NCBI GenBank assembly: GCA_948466395.1
Contig: CAOKAG010000004.1
Coordinates: 9,078 to 41,077 of the forward strand
Direction of reading: 5' to 3'
DNA: 32,000 nt
Source: an uncultured Mycoplasmatota bacterium
GTDB taxonomy: Bacteria; Bacillota_I; Bacilli_A; RF39; UBA660
A model generated the notes under the pieces. The model searched no databases. It was not told the DNA's origin and saw nothing but the letters and a program-made list of their open reading frames with translations. Positions 8,850 to 17,024 of this stretch are shown here, one piece after another (position 1 is the stretch's first letter; each line of letters opens with the position of its first letter). A program made the translations under genes and the position numbers.

Positions 8850-9989
8850 TTATTTAAATAAAATAAAGATTAAAAACAAAGCATAAATAACAGTTACAAT
8901 CCAACCATTTAGTTGATCTTTTTGAGACGATTTACCTTTAATGCCTATGGCCATAGTAATGAAATACCCACCAATAAGTCCCCCAATATGAGCTGCATTA
9001 TCAATTCCAGAAAAAGTAAAGCCAAAAAATAAATTCAGTAAAATAACGGGAATAATTTGTGTTCTCATGGTATTACCTAAATAAACACGAAAATGATATC
9101 CAAAATAAAGTAAACTACCCAGTAATCCAAAAATAGCACCACTTGCCCCAACAGACAAAGAAGTCTGACAAACACAAGACATCAAGCTCCCTGTTACAGC
9201 ACTGACTAAATAAACACCTAAATACTTTGCTCGTCCTAAAAAAGTCTCCAATTGAGTTCCGATGACATATAAAGAATACATATTAACAAGCAGATGAATT
9301 AATCCGCCATGTAAAAAAGTACCTGTTATCAATCGCCAAAATTCACCATTTTTAATAGCAAAAGAAGAAACCGCCCCTAAATCATAAAGTGTCTTTCCAT
9401 CCATGGCTCCATGACTAAAAATATAAGAAAGCATAAATAAAACAGTACTCAATGCCATCAAAATAGGCGTTACAATAATTTTCTTAGGACGAAAAGTCGA
9501 CTCATAAATTTTATTATTTTTTTGAGTTTTAGCGTTAATTCCTTCTGTAACATTTAAAATTAGATCAATCCCTTGAGTATCTTTTAACAATTTATTTTCA
9601 ATATTTGGAAAAAATTTTGTTATTTTCTTAGTTTCTTTATCACTAACATCTTTTAAAAAGATGGATTTAATGTATTTATCATCAGATAACTTTACTTCAT
9701 CATTCACATCTAAAAAAATATTAAGAGTGGTCATTGAAAACGATAAAGTTTTCTTTTTAATTTGATGCACCACATTTCTAATCTTATAAAGATCGGTAAT
9801 AAATTGTTCATTATTATAAATATAATTAGAATTAATACGAACAATCTTATATTTCGCTTCACTATTTTCAAGCCATACCTCATCTTTTACACCATTAACA
9901 ATGATGGGGGTATAATTCTCTTCTGTTATAAAATAATGCACCAATCGCATAACGATTTCATCTTTTTTAGTAATTGTAATTGTATTCAT
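8850..9989 (-). CDS. gluP: Rhomboid intramembrane serine protease, GluP/YqgP-like, with an N-terminal cytosolic domain and no TPR tail
   Basis: Catalytic motifs GASGAIFGLLG and HIGGLIGG, plus WRLITGTFLHGG. The N-terminal DEVWLENSEAKYKIVRIN resembles the YqgP N-domain. The start is set at the ATG at 9989 (AAGGAGG RBS), not the tracked 10055. Confidence 0.85.
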   Translation of the reverse strand: MNTITITKKDEIVMRLVHYFITEENYTPIIVNGVKDEVWLENSEAKYKIVRINSNYIYNNEQFITDLYKIRNVVHQIKKKTLSFSMTTLNIFLDVNDEVKLSDDKYIKSIFLKDVSDKETKKITKFFPNIENKLLKDTQGIDLILNVTEGINAKTQKNNKIYESTFRPKKIIVTPILMALSTVLFMLSYIFSHGAMDGKTLYDLGAVSSFAIKNGEFWRLITGTFLHGGLIHLLVNMYSLYVIGTQLETFLGRAKYLGVYLVSAVTGSLMSCVCQTSLSVGASGAIFGLLGSLLYFGYHFRVYLGNTMRTQIIPVILLNLFFGFTFSGIDNAAHIGGLIGGYFITMAIGIKGKSSQKDQLNGWIVTVIYALFLIFILFK

Positions 9990-10049
9990 TACATCCTCCT
10001 TGTAATAATATTTTAGTACAAAACATATAGTTAGTAAAGAGGTGACCTT

Positions 10050-10382
10050 ATGCATCTACTTATCTTTACTCTATTTTTTTTAACCAGCCATATTTTACTC
10101 TTTTTGTCATTAAGAAAAATTATTTTATCTAATAAAATAGACAACGACTTATTATTCATTTATTTAAGCAATCTCATTCTCTTATTAAGTGTCATTTACT
10201 TTTACTTTTCTATTAAAAACCTTATGTTTTCCTTTTATCTTTCTTTTTTTCTTATGACTTTTTCTTATTTACTCCTCTATCATATAAAAAATATTTTAGG
10301 AAAATACCAGCTCTGTACTCTTCCCTATTTTTTCTCTTGCGTTTATATTTTCTCTAAAATTTTAATGCTCTTTTTATTTTAA
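10050..10382 (+). CDS. Small polytopic membrane protein, 110 aa; function unknown
   Basis: AAGAGGTG RBS 5 nt before the ATG and about 4 hydrophobic helices. The composition is low-complexity (F/L/I/S), so coding status is uncertain. Confidence 0.4.
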   Translation: MHLLIFTLFFLTSHILLFLSLRKIILSNKIDNDLLFIYLSNLILLLSVIYFYFSIKNLMFSFYLSFFLMTFSYLLLYHIKNILGKYQLCTLPYFFSCVYIFSKILMLFLF

Positions 10383-11261
10383 TTGATCAAGATACGTTTG
10401 AAAATAATCAGGAAGAGGCACTTCGAAATGCATTTTTTCTTGAGTAATGGGATGAACAAAATCAATGGTTCGTGAATGAAGAAATTGACCATACTCTTTT
10501 AGAACTTGATGCCCATAAACCGGATCATTAAAAACAGGATAACCAATATAATGTAAATGAACCCTTATCTGATGTGTTCGTCCTGTTTCCAAATTTAAAG
10601 AAACCAACGTATTCTTTTCATAACGCTGAAGTACTTTTAAATACGTAATCGCTGACTTAGAATGATTACGCGTTACTGCCATCTTTTTTCTATTTTTTTC
10701 ATCTCTTCCAATAGGAGCGTCAATTTTAGCACTATCATGCAAAAAAACCCCATTTAAAAGAGCAACATACTCTCTTTTTATTTCATGTCTTGTAAAACCA
10801 TCACTAAGAATTTGATGCGCTTGATTGCTTTTAGCCACCAACATGACCCCAGAGGTATCTTTATCTAAACGATGCACAATACCAGGACGCCCTTCACCAT
10901 TTAAATCACTTAATGAATTTGTATAGTACAAAAGACCATTGGCTAATGTATTAGTCATATTGCCACTTCCTGGATGAACCACTAACCCACTCGGTTTATT
11001 AATAACCATAATGTCGTTGTCTTCATAAAGAATGTCTAAATCCATTGAAACAGGCTCTAATTGACTTTCTTCTTTCAGTTCTTGAACAATTTCTATTACA
11101 TCATTTAATTTTACTTTATAACTGGGTTTAACCATTTGATCACAAACCAATATAAAGCCTAAATCAATCATTTTATTAATCGTACTTCTTGAATAAGAAA
11201 GCTCATCGACTAAAAAACGATCAATTCGCTCTCCTTCACATTTCTTTACTACCATTTTCAC
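10374..11261 (-). CDS. rluD: 23S rRNA pseudouridine synthase, RluD family
   Basis: N-terminal S4 domain (RIDRFL). Catalytic HRLDKDTSGV. Also PSGLVVHP and RTHQIRVHL. Overlaps the lspA 3' end. Confidence 0.9.
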   Translation of the reverse strand: MKMVVKKCEGERIDRFLVDELSYSRSTINKMIDLGFILVCDQMVKPSYKVKLNDVIEIVQELKEESQLEPVSMDLDILYEDNDIMVINKPSGLVVHPGSGNMTNTLANGLLYYTNSLSDLNGEGRPGIVHRLDKDTSGVMLVAKSNQAHQILSDGFTRHEIKREYVALLNGVFLHDSAKIDAPIGRDEKNRKKMAVTRNHSKSAITYLKVLQRYEKNTLVSLNLETGRTHQIRVHLHYIGYPVFNDPVYGHQVLKEYGQFLHSRTIDFVHPITQEKMHFEVPLPDYFQTYLDQLK

Positions 11262-11709
11262 GTTTATCTTCTCCTTTAAAAATAGCGATAATAAGTAAAA
11301 ACACCCCTATAACAATAAAAACATCAGCCAAATTAAAAACGGGATAATTATAATTGAACAATTTAAAAGATAAAAAATCTCGAACATACCCAATAAATAA
11401 TCGATCAATTAAATTCCCACAAATACCACCAAACAAGAAACCAAAAGCGATATTGTTACGATTATTTAATTTAAAACTATATAAATAACGAAATAAAATA
11501 AACAAAGCAATAAAACTCACAAAAATCAAAAACTCCACTCGATAATTAAAAATACTCCATGCTGCTCCATAATTTTCTAAGTAATGTAAAGAAAAAAAAT
11601 GAGGAATAATAACCAAGCTTTCAAGCTTTAAAAAGACGCTCACAATAATTTTAGAAATTTGATCTAAAAACAAAGCAACAACTGATACAATAAATATTTT
11701 TCTATTCAT
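11236..11709 (-). CDS. lspA: Lipoprotein signal peptidase II
   Basis: Four TM helices with motifs NYGAAWS, GNLIDR, GYVRDF and FNLAD. GGGAG RBS. Confidence 0.9.
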   Translation of the reverse strand: MNRKIFIVSVVALFLDQISKIIVSVFLKLESLVIIPHFFSLHYLENYGAAWSIFNYRVEFLIFVSFIALFILFRYLYSFKLNNRNNIAFGFLFGGICGNLIDRLFIGYVRDFLSFKLFNYNYPVFNLADVFIVIGVFLLIIAIFKGEDKRENGSKEM

Positions 11710-11744
11710 ATAAAAAAGCTCCCAAAACCATTATACTCGATTCA

Positions 11745-11966
11745 TTAGATTTCAACAAGTATCACATCTTCTCCAATTTTTTTTATTTGCTTCATACTTA
11801 CATTTAATTCTTCTTTTGCTCCAAAAAATCGAAAAAACCTTTTCGGTTCTACCACAAAATATTTAATAACCCCTTCGTCTTCAAGCTCAATATCGGTTAT
11901 TCTCCCAAGCCTTCGACCATCAAATAAACTTATCACATCTTTCATTTGTAAATCAGAAACACGCAT
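11745..11966 (-). CDS. ylmC: YlmC/YmxH family PRC-barrel protein (sporulation-associated)
   Basis: MRVSDLQMKDVISLFDGRRLGRITDIELE... matches the YlmC/YmxH pattern. The ATG at 11966 has an AAGGTGG RBS; the tracked start at 11975 is 3 codons upstream. Confidence 0.8.
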   Translation of the reverse strand: MRVSDLQMKDVISLFDGRRLGRITDIELEDEGVIKYFVVEPKRFFRFFGAKEELNVSMKQIKKIGEDVILVEI

Positions 11967-11995
11967 AAAAACCACCTTTATAAATCATATTCACT

Positions 11996-12026
11996 AAAAA
12001 AAAAAATATCTATTTTTTAGATATTT
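11996..12026 (-). terminator. Rho-independent terminator of the FN3-protein gene
   Basis: 9-bp stem AAATATCTA / TAGATATTT with a 5-nt loop, followed on the minus strand by a T-run of about 11. Confidence 0.7.
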
Positions 12027-12928
12027 TATTCACTTTCAAAAGAAGGCTCTGGACTAAGAGGTTCTTCTAAAGTTTTCGCCGAACCCACTTTACATACATT
12101 TGATTCTTCATTTTTATTAATACAGACTTGATAATAATAAAGCGTATTAGGGTTTAAATTATCAATCATTATTTCATTATCAGTCGTATTAAAACAGCTT
12201 TGATCATAATTTTCAGAATCCAATCCGTAACGACAAATCACATCTAAATCCTGACCACTTACTTCATAATTTAATTGGATAGAATGAGTGGTAACATCTT
12301 GAACTTGTAAAAGATCAAAACTGTAATCTTTTTTACTTAAAACGCCAGTTAAAGTTACTTTACTAATAAACGTTTTATTCATCACATCATCTTCTAAAGT
12401 CACATCTTTACTCATCCATAGTTTAATACGATAGCTAACACTTTTCTTAGACCCTAAAGTACCTTTCGCAAACTCATACTTTTCAGCAACAGTATAATTA
12501 TCTCGATGTTCATTCGTATAATAACTTTCTGTTGCAACTGGATACGTATTTAATTTATGATACGTTTGATCATTAACTTTAAATTCAATAAATTCACTAT
12601 TCAAACGATTCTCTGCATCCATCACTTCTAAATTAATATTATAATCAACAATGGTATTACAAGTATTTTCAATAGTAAACGTATAAGGTTCTAATAAATC
12701 AGCTTCTTCATCTGTAAGAGGAAAAGCATTATCTAATTGAATAGCTGGACTCTCATTTGTCAAATTAAGTTTCAAACAGTCACTAGTTAAACGGTTGACA
12801 TCTTTTTGAATAACATTAGTAGCCCAATAAGCATAACTCACACCAATCACCATTGCTAAAAAACACAAAACACTCACGCCAATAATGATTCTTTTTTCCA
12901 TATTCATTCTCTTTTTTGTTTCTTGCAT
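12026..12928 (-). CDS. Secreted or signal-anchored protein with a C-terminal fibronectin type III-like domain
   Basis: AAGGAG RBS. The N-terminal hydrophobic segment ends in GVSYAYWATN, which resembles the SipW-dependent signal motif. The C-terminus (THSIQLNYEVSG...LNPNTLYYYQVCI) is FN3-like. The gene has its own promoter and terminator. Confidence 0.7.
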   Translation of the reverse strand: MQETKKRMNMEKRIIIGVSVLCFLAMVIGVSYAYWATNVIQKDVNRLTSDCLKLNLTNESPAIQLDNAFPLTDEEADLLEPYTFTIENTCNTIVDYNINLEVMDAENRLNSEFIEFKVNDQTYHKLNTYPVATESYYTNEHRDNYTVAEKYEFAKGTLGSKKSVSYRIKLWMSKDVTLEDDVMNKTFISKVTLTGVLSKKDYSFDLLQVQDVTTHSIQLNYEVSGQDLDVICRYGLDSENYDQSCFNTTDNEIMIDNLNPNTLYYYQVCINKNEESNVCKVGSAKTLEEPLSPEPSFESE

Positions 12929-13004
12929 AAAAGTACTCCTTACTTTTTTAGTTTTTCCTTATTTCATTTTTATATTTTTTAAGGCTTTACTATTTTACAA
13001 TTAA

Positions 13005-13033
13005 ATTATAACAAACAAGAATCTTTTTAGCAA
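13005..13033 (-). promoter_or_regulatory. Near-consensus sigma-A promoter for the FN3-protein gene
   Basis: The minus strand reads TTGCTA(13033-13028)-N17-TATAAT(13010-13005), about 75 nt upstream of the ATG. Confidence 0.5.
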
Positions 13034-13060
13034 TATAAAAATAGTAAACGTTCCTTCCTT

Positions 13061-13522
13061 TTATTTAGAATCAGTGGTTCCAAAGCCGCCTTTACGCACA
13101 CCTTCAGCCTGATCGTCATCGACAACTAAAAATTTTTGAAAAATAACTTGACCAATCACATCCCCTTTTTTTATTTCCAAATCATGATCTAAAATATTAT
13201 AATATTGAAAATAAAAATGCCCATCATTCGTTTCGTTGCCATAATAATCCGCATCAATAATACCGATACTATTGCTCATAACCAATCCTTTTTTAGGTCC
13301 ACTACTTCGATTCACTAAAATATAGTACTCATCCTCTCCACAATAAGCCTTTAATCCAGTTGGTATAAGCGTCGGTTTTCCTCCTAATTGGAATGGTGGA
13401 ATAACAATATCTTCTGCGGCCTCTACATCGTATCCAGCACTGTTTTTAGTCTTTCTAACTGGTAAATGTATCTCTTTATCTTCCCATCCCTTAGCAATTT
13501 CAAATCCTCTTTGTCTTAACAT
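13061..13522 (-). CDS. dut: dUTP diphosphatase (trimeric dUTPase family)
   Basis: Motifs SAGYDV, NRSSGPKKG, IGIIDADYYG, GDVIGQ and a C-terminal RKGGFGTTD. The ATG at 13522 overlaps the nrdG stop (ATGTTAA); the alternative ATG at 13534 is 4 codons upstream. Confidence 0.85.
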   Translation of the reverse strand: MLRQRGFEIAKGWEDKEIHLPVRKTKNSAGYDVEAAEDIVIPPFQLGGKPTLIPTGLKAYCGEDEYYILVNRSSGPKKGLVMSNSIGIIDADYYGNETNDGHFYFQYYNILDHDLEIKKGDVIGQVIFQKFLVVDDDQAEGVRKGGFGTTDSK

Positions 13523-14091
13523 CGACAAGCACATCCTTCCATACTTACTTCTTCATTATTTTTGATTAAATCTTTATTATCAATATATAAAACTAGTTCT
13601 CCCTTTTCTAAACTCTTTTTCACATCAATAATTCTTTGATTGCTACTTCCAACATATCGTATTTTCTCACTCGCTAATTTCAAAACAAATCGTCCTTCAA
13701 GTAAAACATCAATATTATTTAAAATATCTTTTAAATATTCATCTGTTTCCATTTGTTCCATTAACTCTTCCCACGTATAGCCTGTATACGACCAAATAGT
13801 TTTAGTAGGATACAATTTTTTCACATTGGTGACTAAATCACGAATTGTTTTTCTAGACTTTGGAAACAAGGGGTCGCCTCCTGATAAAGTCAAACCACTA
13901 CACCAATCTTTTTCAAGTTCTTGATAAATTTCCTTGATGGCCTCATCATCAAAAAGAAGACCATCGTTTTCATCCCAAGTTAACGCATTTTGACACGCTG
14001 GACAGTGATGCAAACACCCACTGGTCCATAAAACAACTCGTAGCCCTTCTCCATTTAGCATATCCGCTTTTGTAATATTGTGATAGTTCAT
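13516..14091 (-). CDS. nrdG: Anaerobic ribonucleoside-triphosphate reductase activating protein (radical SAM)
   Basis: MNYHNITKADMLNGEGLRVVLWTSGCLHHCPACQN carries the CxxxCxxC-type cluster of NrdG. AGGAGG RBS before the ATG at 14091; the tracked start at 14130 lies inside nrdD. Confidence 0.9.
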   Translation of the reverse strand: MNYHNITKADMLNGEGLRVVLWTSGCLHHCPACQNALTWDENDGLLFDDEAIKEIYQELEKDWCSGLTLSGGDPLFPKSRKTIRDLVTNVKKLYPTKTIWSYTGYTWEELMEQMETDEYLKDILNNIDVLLEGRFVLKLASEKIRYVGSSNQRIIDVKKSLEKGELVLYIDNKDLIKNNEEVSMEGCACRC

Positions 14092-14101
14092 AAAAAACCT
14101 C

Positions 14102-16258
14102 CTACATACTTTTTCTTTCTGATATTTCAATCATCTTCGCCTTGTTAAGTCTTGTATCGCCATGAACACGCGAATAAGACAAATACCCATTCATTCGATC
14201 AATTTTCGTTAAATCGGAACTGCCACATTTTGGACAGGTATCCATATCAAGCTCTTCATGTCCACAATTATTACAATAAGATAAAGATAAATTTACTCCT
14301 TCATAGAAACCTTTTTCCATTGCTCTTTCAACATAAGTAATCATAGCCTCTTGATTATAATTTAAATTGTATCTGACATACTGAATCCTTCCTCCACGGA
14401 ACAAATCCCAAAATCTTCCTTCTAAATCTTGTTTTTCAATTCCTGTAATGTCTTCCCAAACGCCACAGTGGAAACTATTGCTCACATATTCTCTTGAAGA
14501 AACGCCTTCAATCACGCCATATTTTTTTCTAAATTGCTCTACCTGTAAACCACATAAATTTTCTGCTGGTGTTCCATAAATCGCATAGATAATTTTGTCT
14601 TCTTTTTTATAGTCATTAATTTTACAATTAATATACTTCATCACTTCAAGCGCAAATGCTCCATCTTCTACCAAAGATTTTCCATTGTAAAGCATTTGTA
14701 ACTCATTCAAAGCGGTAATTCCAAAAGAAGCTGTTGAAGATTTTAATAAAGGTTCAATGCAATCATTTGGTTTTAAGTTTCCTCCATAAAAGCCTCCTTC
14801 ACAATAAGCAAGAGGATTGATGCTAGCTTTTTTCTTACCTAAATAATTATAAGTACGAATATGGATTTTACGAATCATTTCTAAATAATAATCCAAAACT
14901 TCATAAAAATCTTTTTGTTCTTCACGAGCTTTTGCTAAAATCATCGGTAAATGTAAAGACACGGCTCCAATATTAAATCGTCCAATAAAAACAGGTTTAT
15001 CGTCTTTATCCGCTGGTTCCATTCCCCCTCTTTCAAAATAAAGTCCTAAAAAAGCACGACATCCCATTGGGCTAATGACACGACCATATTTTTTATAGAC
15101 ATCAGGAACATAGCCTTCTCCAGTTAACGATAGATAATCAGGATACATCGTTTTGGAACTACATTCAATGGCTTCTAAAAAGTTTTCTCGCAAGCTTTTT
15201 CCTTCTCCATGTAAATTTTTATCATAAAGAAAAACTAATTTAGGAAATAAAGTTGGTTTCTTGTGTCCTTCTTTTCCTTGACCCTTTCGATGCGTTTGCA
15301 AAATAATTCTAGAAACCATTTTACCAAAGCGAGAAGTATCAATCCCGAAAGTAAACGTAACAAATGGATAATCGCCACGAGAAGACCCAACACTATTTAA
15401 TTTGTATTCAATCCCTTGATACCCTTGTTCACATTCCCTTTCTACCTTTTTAAGAGCATACGCATCTGCTCCTTCACTATCCGCATCCTCTCCCTTAATT
15501 TCTAAATATTCTTGATAATATTTCTTATAACTTTTCTCCGCATAAGGCGCTAAAATCGTATCCACTTCAGGAACGGTAAATCCTCCATATTGCATCGCTG
15601 CAGTATTGATAATGACGTCCCCCATTACATCAAACGCTGTATCCAGTGTCTTTGGTTCGTTATACCATAGATTGCCCATTTCGAATCCTCCATGCATAAC
15701 ATTACCAACATCACACAAACAACAATTCATTGTATCTCTTCTAGCACTCATATCGTGAACATAAATATACCCATCTTCACAAGCTTCAACCTCAGCAGTA
15801 GTTAAGAAGAATTTCTTATACAGTTCTTTATTTAAAGACCCATACACCAAACTTCTTTGAGTAGAAACTAAAGCACTATCGGTATTGGAATTTTCTTTAT
15901 CGCCAATATAATTAATGGCTTGAGCCTTTTTATAAACTTTATCTAAAATATGAACAAATTCCTTTTTATAATTACGATACTCACGATAACTTTTTGCAAC
16001 CAAAGGATTCACTTTTTCTAAAGCCGCCTCAACACAATTATGGATTTGTTGAACCTCAGGATTCGTTGTTTGTGTTTCTAAAAACTCTAAAACAATCGAC
16101 ACAACTTCTTCCTCCGCTTGTGGTGTTAACTCTATCATCACTCTTTCAGCACTTTTTCGTATCGCCACTTTTATTTTCTCCGCATCAAAATCCTGTTGAT
16201 TACCATTTCTTTTAATAATTTTAAGCTTTTTTGCTAAATCTTTTTCTTTCTTATTCAT
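14102..16258 (-). CDS. nrdD: Anaerobic (class III) ribonucleoside-triphosphate reductase
   Basis: N-terminal ATP-cone (KIIKRNGNQQDFDAEKI). C-terminal zinc ribbon CNNCGHE...CPKCGS, followed by the glycyl-radical region RMNGYLS. GGGAGAG RBS. Confidence 0.95.
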   Translation of the reverse strand: MNKKEKDLAKKLKIIKRNGNQQDFDAEKIKVAIRKSAERVMIELTPQAEEEVVSIVLEFLETQTTNPEVQQIHNCVEAALEKVNPLVAKSYREYRNYKKEFVHILDKVYKKAQAINYIGDKENSNTDSALVSTQRSLVYGSLNKELYKKFFLTTAEVEACEDGYIYVHDMSARRDTMNCCLCDVGNVMHGGFEMGNLWYNEPKTLDTAFDVMGDVIINTAAMQYGGFTVPEVDTILAPYAEKSYKKYYQEYLEIKGEDADSEGADAYALKKVERECEQGYQGIEYKLNSVGSSRGDYPFVTFTFGIDTSRFGKMVSRIILQTHRKGQGKEGHKKPTLFPKLVFLYDKNLHGEGKSLRENFLEAIECSSKTMYPDYLSLTGEGYVPDVYKKYGRVISPMGCRAFLGLYFERGGMEPADKDDKPVFIGRFNIGAVSLHLPMILAKAREEQKDFYEVLDYYLEMIRKIHIRTYNYLGKKKASINPLAYCEGGFYGGNLKPNDCIEPLLKSSTASFGITALNELQMLYNGKSLVEDGAFALEVMKYINCKINDYKKEDKIIYAIYGTPAENLCGLQVEQFRKKYGVIEGVSSREYVSNSFHCGVWEDITGIEKQDLEGRFWDLFRGGRIQYVRYNLNYNQEAMITYVERAMEKGFYEGVNLSLSYCNNCGHEELDMDTCPKCGSSDLTKIDRMNGYLSYSRVHGDTRLNKAKMIEISERKSM

Positions 16259-16291
16259 TGAACTCTCCCACTTCTATTTTCTATTTAGTTC

Positions 16292-16300
16292 ATTTTAGCA
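16292..16300 (-). promoter_or_regulatory. Predicted extended -10 promoter element of nrdD
   Basis: The minus strand reads TGcTAAAAT. No good -35 lies at 17 nt, which is consistent with activator dependence. Confidence 0.4.
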
Positions 16301-16315
16301 CTCTTTTTCTAATAT

Positions 16316-16337
16316 TTTTGTTGCAATTGCAACAAAA
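16316..16337. promoter_or_regulatory. 22-bp perfect palindrome: putative operator shared by the divergent nrdD and Crp/Fnr-family genes
   Basis: TTTTGTTGCAATTGCAACAAAA is perfectly self-complementary. Its core TGTTG-N6-CAACA has CRP-type half-site spacing (compare TGTGA-N6-TCACA). Confidence 0.5.
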
Positions 16338-16346
16338 GAAAGTTTT

Positions 16347-16355
16347 TGTTAAAAT
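16347..16355 (+). promoter_or_regulatory. Predicted extended -10 promoter element of the Crp/Fnr-family gene
   Basis: The plus strand reads TGtTAAAAT, 34 nt upstream of the ATG at 16389. Confidence 0.35.
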
Positions 16356-16388
16356 TATTTTAGAACAAATTTGAAAGGGCTTGAAACT

Positions 16389-17024
16389 ATGCTAGATCAT
16401 GGGCAAAAAAAAATAAAAGATTTACAATTAGAAGTCATGTCAAACTGTGTCAATATAAAAAAAAAGAATTTTAAAAAAGGCGAATACATTTTAAGCTTTG
16501 GACTCAGACAAAAAGTCATCGGCTTTATTCTATCAGGAAAAGCAGACATCATTCGAATTACAATTGATGGAGAAGCTTCAATTATTCAAAAATTAACCCC
16601 AGGCTCAATTTTTAATGATGCCTTTTCTTGTTTTTCCCAAGATAGCGTTTTTGTCATCAGTAAAACCGATACTGAAATCTTTTTCATTGATTACCCCATT
16701 ATTTTTAAAAATTGTCCAGTTAAATGTCCCTATCACTATCATCTAATAGAGCATTTACTAAACTTAATCACCGAAAACAATATAAAAGCCAATGAAAAAA
16801 TTGAGATTCTAACTCATAATAAAATTCGTGATCGAATTCTTGCCTACATTTCAATAACTATTGGAACTTCAAACGCCACTTCAATAACCCTTCCCTATTC
16901 TTTTACAGAATTAGCTGAATATTTATGTGTGGATCGAAGTAGTTTAATGCGTGAACTAAAAAAAATGGAAGAAGAAAAGATAATTAAAAGAGAAAATAAA
17001 ACCCTTACTTTATTAAACGCTTAA
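16389..17024 (+). CDS. Crp/Fnr family transcriptional regulator
   Basis: N-terminal cNMP-binding-like beta-barrel (GEYILSFG...GKADIIRITIDGE). C-terminal HTH FTELAEYLCVDRSSLMRELKKMEEEKII. I prefer the ATG at 16389 over the tracked TTG at 16371. Confidence 0.85.
   Translation: MLDHGQKKIKDLQLEVMSNCVNIKKKNFKKGEYILSFGLRQKVIGFILSGKADIIRITIDGEASIIQKLTPGSIFNDAFSCFSQDSVFVISKTDTEIFFIDYPIIFKNCPVKCPYHYHLIEHLLNLITENNIKANEKIEILTHNKIRDRILAYISITIGTSNATSITLPYSFTELAEYLCVDRSSLMRELKKMEEEKIIKRENKTLTLLNA

Noticed and set aside
9990-10055. Extended N-termini given by the ORF track (for example the rhomboid gene to 10055, nrdG to 14130, ttcA to 23859, hsp20 to 28752)
   Set aside because: In each case an internal ATG has a proper Shine-Dalgarno sequence at 5-9 nt. 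The extensions overlap upstream genes or promoters and encode non-homologous residues.
16259-16370. NrdR boxes or a Rex operator upstream of nrdD
   Set aside because: I found no pair of NrdR-box-like palindromes (acaCwAtATaTwGtgt type). The palindrome shares only the outer TTGTT...AACAA with the clostridial Rex motif TTGTTAA-N4-TTAACAA. The adjacent Crp/Fnr gene is a more economical explanation. Rex remains an alternative that I cannot exclude.
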